The notes under the pieces were generated by a model that was not told the DNA's origin, ran no database searches, and worked only from the letters and a program-made list of their open reading frames with translations. Position numbers and translations under genes: made by a program. 64,000 bases of DNA from an uncultured Nanoarchaeota archaeon (GTDB lineage: Archaea > Nanobdellota > Nanobdellia > Pacearchaeales > GW2011-AR1), in contig CAVZZS010000002.1 of NCBI GenBank assembly GCA_963779925.1, positions 540-64,539 of the forward strand, in the 5' to 3' direction. Positions 17,500 to 24,114 of the stretch are shown here, in pieces. Position 1 is the stretch's first letter. Each line of letters begins with the position of its first letter.

Positions 17500-18420
17500 T
17501 TATTCTTCATCAATATTCTCTGATTCTTCAATTTCTTCAGCTTTCTTATTTTTATCTTTTAGGACTTTCTTCGTTTCTTCCAGCTCTTCGAGCCTCTCCA
17601 GTTCCTTTGCTTCTGCAATCAAATCTGCAAAGAAATCGGGGTTCTTCTGGAAATACAAATCCCTTGGCCAGACATAGAATTCTTCAAAATGGGCGCTTTG
17701 ATCAAGCCAGACTTTTCTCTGAGAATCCAGATTCAGGAGCATAAAAAATGAGATGATCCTTTCTTCTTTATCCGTTCCGGCAAGATCCGTAAAAGTAATC
17801 TTTTCCGCAAAATTCTGCTTTATGTAATTCATCAGCTTTTCATAAATTTCTGTAGACTTATTGTTAAGATTGAACCTTCTTTTTGGAAGAGAAATTGATG
17901 TCTCCCTTAAAGCATTATTATTTATGATTTCCTTCTTTATTCTTCTGTTCTCTGTTATAATCGCCTTGTCAAGCGATTCAATCAACTCGCTTAAAGTAAC
18001 TCTCCTGAACCTAGGCAGAGGGCTTTTTGGAACCAAGTCCGGAAGATCCCCAATATCCACTTCACTCCAGTCTATCTGCCTGACCAGCTTCTCATCATCC
18101 TTCTTTCCGAACAGTATTTCATCTATGCTTTTCAGGTATTTGCTAAGCAGTAATTCTGATTTGATCCTCAAAAGAAATGCGGCAGCCAGCAGAACCTTGC
18201 TTGAAACAAAAAAATCCTCTTCTTCCAGCTTCCTGATTTTCTCAAGATATTTGTTAGTGAGAACTCCTATATCAATATCCCAAGGGTCAAGCTGCTCTGT
18301 ATTAATAAGATCGTAAATGATTTCCTGCCAGCTTATTTCCCTGCTGAATAATAGGTCATGAATCTGCTCCTGCCTCGCATTAATATCTTTTTCAGGGATA
18401 TTTTCTTCACCTTTTTCCAT
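17500..18420 (-). CDS. scpA: Segregation and condensation protein A (kleisin ScpA)
   Basis: ...EQLDPWDIDIGVLTNKYLEKIRKL...VSSKVLLAAAFLLRIKSELLL is the typical ScpA N-terminal domain. The C-terminus is acidic. Confidence 0.8.
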   Translation of the reverse strand: MEKGEENIPEKDINARQEQIHDLLFSREISWQEIIYDLINTEQLDPWDIDIGVLTNKYLEKIRKLEEEDFFVSSKVLLAAAFLLRIKSELLLSKYLKSIDEILFGKKDDEKLVRQIDWSEVDIGDLPDLVPKSPLPRFRRVTLSELIESLDKAIITENRRIKKEIINNNALRETSISLPKRRFNLNNKSTEIYEKLMNYIKQNFAEKITFTDLAGTDKEERIISFFMLLNLDSQRKVWLDQSAHFEEFYVWPRDLYFQKNPDFFADLIAEAKELERLEELEETKKVLKDKNKKAEEIEESENIDEE

Positions 18421-18441
18421 GTATTATACAGGAAAAGCCAA

Positions 18442-18449
18442 TTTATAAA
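18442..18449 (-). promoter_or_regulatory. TATA box (tttataaa, palindromic) 22-29 nt upstream of the scpA ATG
   Basis: Exact octamer at the canonical spacing to 18420. Confidence 0.55.
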
Positions 18450-18611
18450 ATAGTGTAGTCCCTAAAATATCTATTTTGTAGTGTCTAAAAAACTATAAAA
18501 GAGGAATATGAATTACTACTATACATTGACAAGCCCTTGTCATTCTTTAAGGGTAACAAAACCGAAAGGTTTATATATGAAATGGCTTTAGGAATACTAT
18601 CACCTCTTTTT

Positions 18612-18665
18612 CCCTAGGAGAGGCTTCAAGTTATCTTTTTGATCAACTTGAAGAATCTCCCTGGG
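18612..18665. other. Long imperfect hairpin in the 305-nt scpA/rps27ae intergenic region
   Basis: cccuaggagaggcuucaaguu / aacuugaagaaucucccuggg pairs as 3 bp, a 2x2 internal loop, 5 bp, a 2x2 internal loop (GG/AA), then 9 bp, with a 12-nt loop. Strand and function are unknown. Confidence 0.35.
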
Positions 18666-18725
18666 TTTGTAATAATTATTGACTGATTATATCCGATCTA
18701 AAATTCGGCACGATTATCATCCTAA

Positions 18726-18932
18726 TTATTTCTTGGCGGTAAATTCAGAATAATGGCATTTGCCGCAGTAAACTCTGTCTTTTGCCTTCATCAAGAAAAC
18801 CCCAGGACCGCATCTAGGGCAATGAGCTGATTTTACAATCTTGCTTCCCTCTATTTTATACTGAGCATATTTTTTGCTGGTTGGCTTATTCTTATGAGCT
18901 TTCTTCCCTTTTTTTGCTTCTTTTTTTGCCAT
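18726..18932 (-). CDS. rps27ae: Ribosomal protein eS31 (S27ae)
   Basis: 68 aa. Zinc ribbon CPRCGPGVFLM...YCGKCHY. Confidence 0.9.
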   Translation of the reverse strand: MAKKEAKKGKKAHKNKPTSKKYAQYKIEGSKIVKSAHCPRCGPGVFLMKAKDRVYCGKCHYSEFTAKK

Positions 18933-19207
18933 TACTTCTTAGCTTCCTTCTTTTGTTTTTTGTTTATGAGATGGAATTTTTCCCTTTCAGGAGCTGAGCC
19001 GTATATATTGGCTATGATTGTAAATCCCCTGGAACCGAATTTACCTGCAATCTTGTTGATATGAACCAATTCTTCAGCTACAGAAAATTTTTCAGATATA
19101 ATCTTCCTTGCAGCTTCCGCACTTGGAGGACTAGCCAAATCTAGAACCTTCAATTTTATTTCCCTTCTGTTAAGGAGCGGATTGTGTTTTTCTTCTAATA
19201 ATTCCAT
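18932..19207 (-). CDS. rps24e: Ribosomal protein eS24 (S24e)
   Basis: NPLLNRREIKLKV....PS..EAARKIISEKF....ELVHINKI...FG is the S24e pattern. It overlaps its neighbours. Confidence 0.88.
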   Translation of the reverse strand: MELLEEKHNPLLNRREIKLKVLDLASPPSAEAARKIISEKFSVAEELVHINKIAGKFGSRGFTIIANIYGSAPEREKFHLINKKQKKEAKK

Positions 19208-19208
19208 T

Positions 19209-19394
19209 TTATAGCTTTATCGCGAAATTTCCCTTTTCTTTAATTCCAAGTTTCGGAGCAATCTCTGATTTCTCAGGATTGGTAATGACTATTCTTCCTT
19301 TGAAGCTGTCGCTGGATTCCCTTGAACCGCAATTAGGGCATTTGTCGCCTTCATATATTCTCTTGCAAATCCTGCATGCTTTTTCTTTTGCCAT
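19209..19394 (-). CDS. spt4: Transcription elongation factor Spt4 (RpoE'')
   Basis: 61 aa. ACRICKRIYEGDKCPNCGS zinc ribbon followed by GRIVITNPEKSEIA. Confidence 0.85.
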   Translation of the reverse strand: MAKEKACRICKRIYEGDKCPNCGSRESSDSFKGRIVITNPEKSEIAPKLGIKEKGNFAIKL

Positions 19395-19672
19395 TATATT
19401 AAAAAATTGATACCTAGTTTCTTTTCTAGTCCTTCTTTCATTTTTGCTTTATCTTCTTCAGGTGCAATAACAGTCAACCTTGAATGCTCTTTAGTGCCAA
19501 TCACGATAACTGTTGAAGATAGATAATGATACAAATCGCCGCTTAATCCTTCCTGATACTGAACCTCTCCAAGATATATAAGCTCCCCTTTTCCCATTAA
19601 ATCGTCTGCTTTTCTCATAGCATCTTTAAGGTCTTCGCCGTTTGCAGAGATATAATTATGAATTCCTATCAT
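19394..19672 (-). CDS. Hypothetical 92-aa protein embedded in the rpo7-spt4 operon
   Basis: Overlaps of 1 nt and 4 nt with the flanking genes. No recognisable motif. Confidence 0.5.
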   Translation of the reverse strand: MIGIHNYISANGEDLKDAMRKADDLMGKGELIYLGEVQYQEGLSGDLYHYLSSTVIVIGTKEHSRLTVIAPEEDKAKMKEGLEKKLGINFLI

Positions 19673-20283
19673 TTTTTCTTCTCCTTTTTGCCCTTGCCTC
19701 TCTTTTCAGCTTCTTCGCCTTTGGCAGCTTTCTTCGCTTCTCTCTCTTTCTTGGTCTGCTCTTCCTTGACCCATTCAAGTTTTCCCAATCCAGGCTGCCT
19801 CATTGTCAAGCCTATCTTTGGCGCCCCGCCCTTGTGGCTTATTGCAACAACTCTTGCAAGGCACAAATCCCCGTCCTTTAAGCTTCTCTTCGACGCTTTT
19901 CCGACAAGAGTATTTGATTTGCTGAAACTTACATAGTCATTCATTGTCTGGCTGATGTGAATCATTCCCCTCATTACGCCAAGGTCAATGAAAGCCCCGA
20001 AGCTTGTGACTTCCGCGATTGAACCGCAAACAAGCTCCTGCAGTTCCGGCTTCCAGGCAAGCAATTTGAATTTTGAATTGTAATAAACAGCGCCATCCCC
20101 GGGAATGATTACTCCGTCGCCAATCTCGATCACTTCAATTACTGCGACTGCTTTCCCCATTTCCCTGTCGTAATAGTCTTTGTAAGTTTCTTTGAGCTGG
20201 TTCTCGACAGCCTCGCGAGTGGACAAGCCAAACAGCTTTGGTTCAACTCTGATGTAATCCTCAACTTCTGTTATATAGAACAT
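19669..20283 (-). CDS. rpo7: RNA polymerase subunit Rpo7 (E') with S1 domain and a K/E-rich tail
   Basis: MFYITEVEDYIRVEPKLFG...GDGAVYYNSKFKLLAWKPELQELVCGSIAEVTSFGAFIDLG..RGMIHISQ is typical of Rpo7/RpoE'. Confidence 0.9.
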   Translation of the reverse strand: MFYITEVEDYIRVEPKLFGLSTREAVENQLKETYKDYYDREMGKAVAVIEVIEIGDGVIIPGDGAVYYNSKFKLLAWKPELQELVCGSIAEVTSFGAFIDLGVMRGMIHISQTMNDYVSFSKSNTLVGKASKRSLKDGDLCLARVVAISHKGGAPKIGLTMRQPGLGKLEWVKEEQTKKEREAKKAAKGEEAEKRGKGKKEKKK

Positions 20284-20372
20284 GTTAAAAAATTTAGTGA
20301 ATTTGGTTTTTAAAGGTTATTATTGATATTTTTTACAGGATATAAATCTATTTAAATTAAAAAAATTGCAAA

Positions 20373-20702
20373 ATGGATATGGAAACAGAAAAAGATCCAA
20401 CTTTGGAAAGGAGAATTTCTGTCGGGGTTGTAGCACCGGAGTTTCTTGAAGGCAATATTGTCTATGTTCAACTAAGGCAAAAAGCAGGGGCATTTTCGGC
20501 AGAAGCCATATCTGATCTTCCATTTAATAGCCTTGTTAAATTAAGCTTGGGATATATCACTGAAAGAGGAAAGAAAGCTGACAGCGACAGATTCCAGGGA
20601 AATGGCCAGCAGTTTATAGACATGCTCGTTCAGCAGAATCACGGCCAGATAAGCTACAGATTTTACGAAGATTCTTACAGATTATCAGGAATGTTCAGAT
20701 AA
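20373..20702 (+). CDS. Hypothetical protein (109 aa)
   Basis: ORF only. Confidence 0.35.
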   Translation: MDMETEKDPTLERRISVGVVAPEFLEGNIVYVQLRQKAGAFSAEAISDLPFNSLVKLSLGYITERGKKADSDRFQGNGQQFIDMLVQQNHGQISYRFYEDSYRLSGMFR

Positions 20703-20704
20703 AA

Positions 20705-21076
20705 TCAGACTATCTCTAATGTCTTTGTCCCCCGAATTATCATCTTCTGATTCTTAATTTTATTCTGAAGCTCTTTGTCGAGGGTTGCGATAACAACATC
20801 TTCATTTTCATTTGCAAATTCTACAATTGCACGATCCACATCATTCCTTCTCAATTTTATTATCGTGAACTTATTCTTATTCATGATTTTCAGCGCCAAA
20901 TCCGCCTGCTCCCTCAGAAGCGCGCCCTTCCTAGACTTTGAAAGCTTTTCTATCTCATCAAATACCTGCCTTGGAATGATTACTTCGAACCCCATCAATG
21001 GAATCTGCTCAAAGAAATCAATTTTTTGCCTCGCGCATGAAATTATAAAATTTGTATCCAATAACACCTGTTTCAT
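20705..21076 (-). CDS. PIN-domain protein (Fcf1/VapC-like nuclease fold)
   Basis: N-terminal VLLDTNFII (first acidic residue). IVEFANENEDVVIATLDKEL (later acidic residues). 123 aa. Confidence 0.72.
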   Translation of the reverse strand: MKQVLLDTNFIISCARQKIDFFEQIPLMGFEVIIPRQVFDEIEKLSKSRKGALLREQADLALKIMNKNKFTIIKLRRNDVDRAIVEFANENEDVVIATLDKELQNKIKNQKMIIRGTKTLEIV

Positions 21077-21156
21077 TTTTTAATAAAGAAAGGAGGATAT
21101 AAAAATTTAGCGTAATACAAAAGTATTAAAAATTAATTCTATTGAGTTATTATACC

Positions 21157-21227
21157 GGGTGCGTAGGCTAATGGCAGACTCGGCGGCTCCAGACCGCCAG
21201 ATGGGGGTTCGATTCCCTCCGTGCCCA
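21157..21227 (+). tRNA. tRNA-Trp (anticodon CCA)
   Basis: Acceptor GGGTGCG/CGTGCCC with two G-U pairs. Anticodon stem GGCGG/CCGCC with loop CTCCAGA. T arm GGGGG-TTCGATT-CCCTC. Discriminator A. The D stem is weak. Confidence 0.8.
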
Positions 21228-21280
21228 TTTATATCTATAATTAAGTTAAATTTAAATATACTTTATCATAGTTAATATCA

Positions 21281-22360
21281 ATGGAAAAGAGGAAGAATAT
21301 TACGAAGTGGGTTTTAGTTGCTTTGCTAATTTTAGTGGCGCTTATAGTCGTCTATAAATTTGTGCTTACAGGATTTGCAACAAGCAGTTCTACTACTACC
21401 ACAACTGCCGCTAAGACTACAACAGGGACTTCTAGTGCCAGCACCGCAACTGCAACGACCGCAGCCAAAACAACCACTACTACAACTACACCTGCTACAA
21501 CAACAGCCACGACTACGGCTTCTAAAACTACAACAACGCCTGCTACTACAACTACAGCAGCCAAAACAACCACTACTACCATGACGACTACAACGCCAGC
21601 GGCTACAACAACTGCTGCAACCAATACTACCGGTGCAACTACTCCCTCAACAACTACCACCACAACTGCGACTAATACTACAACACCGGTGACTGCAGCA
21701 AATACAACAACAAGCACTACTACTTCAAATTCTTCTGTAACCAAGTCTACTAGCACAGGAAATACTACTGTCACAAATCAGACAACCCCTTCAAATAGCA
21801 ATTCGACTGTTGCGACAACAACCAATCCTTCTACAAGTTCAGTATCTGTATCTAATGTTACAACACAGGCAGTTACTGTTTCAGGAGGCATAACCGCCAC
21901 AGCAAAAGTAAATAAAACAACTGTGGTTGTAACTTATTCGACAAATCAGACAACTTCTCCAACTGCCTCTTCTAACACAAGTGCAGCAGCAAATCAGACC
22001 GCTGTCCCAAGCGCGAATACAACAGTATCTTCAAATACAACTACAACAAACCAGACCAGTTCCTCTTCTGTAACTGCAAATAATTCAGTAACCAATACAA
22101 CAACCATAACCGAAACCCAAATAAATTCAACCACCTCTTCAACAATTGTAACAAGCCAAAGCGGAACCACTAGCACAACTACAACAGTCACTCCAGTAAA
22201 TCCAACAACAATCATAACATATTCGACAATTACTTCAGTTACTTCCGCTGGTGTTTCAAACACAGTGAAGGTTGCAAGTTTGATAAATGTAATTTTCGGA
22301 TGCGGAAATGGATATACTCTTAATACGGTTAAGGGTGTAAGTTACTGTTCTAAATTATAG
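21281..22360 (+). CDS. Thr/Ser-rich (mucin-like) surface protein with an N-terminal TM/signal anchor
   Basis: N-terminal KWVLVALLILVALIVVYKFVL. About 300 aa are dominated by T/S/A/N with many N-x-T/S sequons. The C-terminus is GCGNGYTLNTVKGVSYCSKL. Confidence 0.6.
   Translation: MEKRKNITKWVLVALLILVALIVVYKFVLTGFATSSSTTTTTAAKTTTGTSSASTATATTAAKTTTTTTTPATTTATTTASKTTTTPATTTTAAKTTTTTMTTTTPAATTTAATNTTGATTPSTTTTTTATNTTTPVTAANTTTSTTTSNSSVTKSTSTGNTTVTNQTTPSNSNSTVATTTNPSTSSVSVSNVTTQAVTVSGGITATAKVNKTTVVVTYSTNQTTSPTASSNTSAAANQTAVPSANTTVSSNTTTTNQTSSSSVTANNSVTNTTTITETQINSTTSSTIVTSQSGTTSTTTTVTPVNPTTIITYSTITSVTSAGVSNTVKVASLINVIFGCGNGYTLNTVKGVSYCSKL
21461..21579 (+). repeat. Internal direct repeat inside the Thr-rich gene
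   Basis: The identical 23-mer gcagccaaaacaaccactactac occurs at 21461-21483 and 21557-21579, a 96-nt (32-codon) period. The AAKTTT motif occurs three times. Confidence 0.7.
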
Positions 22361-22408
22361 ATTTGATATCCAATAAGATTTTTATATTCATTATAAGTAA
22401 ATTATCCT

Positions 22409-23539
22409 ATGAAGCAGATATATTTTGATAATGCAGCGTCAACAAAAGTTGATGAAAGAGTCTTGAAAGAAATGCTCCCATACTTCACAGAAAAATACGG
22501 AAATGCATCCTCGGTCCATGAAAAAGGCATGGAAGCCAAAAGAGCCCTTGAAGAGAGCAGAAATATTATCGCAAAAGCCATAAGCGCAAATAAAGATGAA
22601 ATCTATTTTACTTCGGGCGGGACTGAGGGAAACAATTTTGCACTGAAAGGCTTGTTCTTCTCTAATTTCCCGAAAAAGAACCATATCATTACAACCAGAA
22701 TCGAGCACGATTGCGTCATTAACACATGCAAATGGCTTGAAAAGCAAGGCGCAAAGGTCACATACCTTGAAGTCGACAAAGAAGGCTTTGTAAATCCAAA
22801 GCAGATAGAAAATGCAATAACAGACAAAACAATAGTCGTTTCTGTAATTCATGCTAATAATGAAATAGGGACAATACAAAATCTTGAGGCTATAGGAAAG
22901 ATCTGCAGAGACAAGAAAGTCCTGCTCCATACGGATGCCTGCCAGAGCTTCACAAAAGTCCCTCTTGATGTAAGAAAGCAAAATGTCGATATGGTAACAT
23001 TAAATGCCCATAAAATTCACGGACCGAAGGGCGTTGGCGCATTATACATAAGAAAAGGAATTGAAATAACTCCTCTGCTTCATGGGGGCGGCCATGAAAG
23101 AGGATTAAGAAGCGGAACAGAGAATGTTTCTGGAATTGTCGGCTTTGCAAAAGCGGCAGAGGTTGCAAGCAAGAAAGACGTGGAGAAGATGACTGAATTG
23201 AGAGACAAAATGATAAATGATCTATTAAAAATTCCCGGGATAAAATTAAACGGGCCGAAAGAAAACAGATTGTGCAACAATGTCAATATCTCCTTTGAAA
23301 AAGTTGAGGGCGAAGTAATTGGAGGATATCTTGAAAATGACGGCATATTAACTTCAACAGGTAGCGCATGCATGTCTCATTCAACAGGAATCAGCCATGT
23401 CCTCAAGGCAATAGGATTATCTGACGAAAAAGCGAGCAATTCAATAAGAGTCAGCATAAGCAGATTCACAACTGAAGAAGAAGTTGATTATTTTTTAGAG
23501 AGATTCAGAAAAATTATCGGGAAATTCCAGAAAATCTAA
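22409..23539 (+). CDS. iscS: Cysteine desulfurase (NifS/IscS class V aminotransferase)
   Basis: YFDNAAST...HTDACQ...LNAHKIHGPKGVGALY (PLP lysine)...RSGTENV...TSTGSACMS (active-site Cys loop). Confidence 0.9.
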   Translation: MKQIYFDNAASTKVDERVLKEMLPYFTEKYGNASSVHEKGMEAKRALEESRNIIAKAISANKDEIYFTSGGTEGNNFALKGLFFSNFPKKNHIITTRIEHDCVINTCKWLEKQGAKVTYLEVDKEGFVNPKQIENAITDKTIVVSVIHANNEIGTIQNLEAIGKICRDKKVLLHTDACQSFTKVPLDVRKQNVDMVTLNAHKIHGPKGVGALYIRKGIEITPLLHGGGHERGLRSGTENVSGIVGFAKAAEVASKKDVEKMTELRDKMINDLLKIPGIKLNGPKENRLCNNVNISFEKVEGEVIGGYLENDGILTSTGSACMSHSTGISHVLKAIGLSDEKASNSIRVSISRFTTEEEVDYFLERFRKIIGKFQKI

Positions 23540-23625
23540 TTTAGCATAAGCCCGCGTGTGTCATTACTTCTTAGTTCGGATAAGTGTTTAAATAATACTT
23601 CTGATAAAATACTCTATCATACAAT

Positions 23626-23668
23626 CTGTAGTAATATACAGAGGTTAGATATACAAGATATTGTATAT
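23626..23668. promoter_or_regulatory. Two palindromes upstream of nrdR; the proximal one is an NrdR-box-like operator
   Basis: 23649-23668 atatacaa-gata-ttgtatat has perfect 8-nt arms. Its core CAAGATATTG resembles the NrdR-box core CwAtATaTwG. 23626-23641 ctgta-gtaata-tacag. Both lie within 55 nt of ATG 23679. Confidence 0.5.
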
Positions 23669-23678
23669 CATCAAATAC

Positions 23679-24113
23679 ATGAAGTGCCCACATTGTTCGC
23701 ATGAGGAGTCAAGGGTTACGAATAAACGAGAGTCTCCTAATGGAATTCGTAGGCGAAGAGAGTGTCTGAAGTGCAAGAAGAGATTCACAACATATGAAAA
23801 AACAGAGAAAGAGGATTTTTATGTTGTAAAAAAAGACGGGCGCCGGGAGAAATTCAGCAGAGAAAAACTCGAACACGGAATTGAAAAGGCATTTGAGAAG
23901 CGCCCTGTTTCAAAGGAGAAAATTGACAAAATGATAAACGAAATTGAAGATCAGCTGAGAAAAAGAGGAAAAGAGGTGAAGAGTTCTATTATTGGCGAAC
24001 TTACCATGAAGAAAATAAAGAAGCTTGATCATGTTGCTTACATCAGATTTGCTTCTGTATACAGAGATTTCCAGGATATAAAAGACTTTAAGGAGGAATT
24101 GAAAGAATTGTAA
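23679..24113 (+). CDS. nrdR: Transcriptional repressor NrdR (zinc ribbon + ATP-cone)
   Basis: MKCPHCSHEESRVTNKR......RRRRECLKCKKRFTTYE followed by an ATP-cone (VVKKDGRREKFSREKL...). The real start is ATG 23679, not the track's TTG at 23661. Confidence 0.85.
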   Translation: MKCPHCSHEESRVTNKRESPNGIRRRRECLKCKKRFTTYEKTEKEDFYVVKKDGRREKFSREKLEHGIEKAFEKRPVSKEKIDKMINEIEDQLRKRGKEVKSSIIGELTMKKIKKLDHVAYIRFASVYRDFQDIKDFKEELKEL

Positions 24114-24114
24114 G

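Noticed and set aside
18670-18725. Possible C/D-box sRNA downstream of rps27ae: GGATGATAA on the minus strand and CTGA on the plus strand.
   Set aside because: The C-box candidate is only AUGAUAA and lacks the critical G. No CUGA D box lies on the same strand at a suitable distance, so the boxes do not form a coherent C/D or C'/D' set.
21352-21774. 140-aa Val-rich ORF on the minus strand, plus the 74-aa and 89-aa ORFs in the same region.
   Set aside because: It is an antisense shadow of the Thr-rich gene: ACN Thr codons read as NGT Val codons on the other strand. It has no independent start context or promoter.
23619-23636. A second NrdR box at the canonical 31-32 bp spacing upstream of the proximal palindrome.
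   Set aside because: The 16-mers at that position (e.g. acaatctgtagtaata) match the consensus poorly. Only the differently organised ctgta...tacag palindrome is present, 25 bp away.
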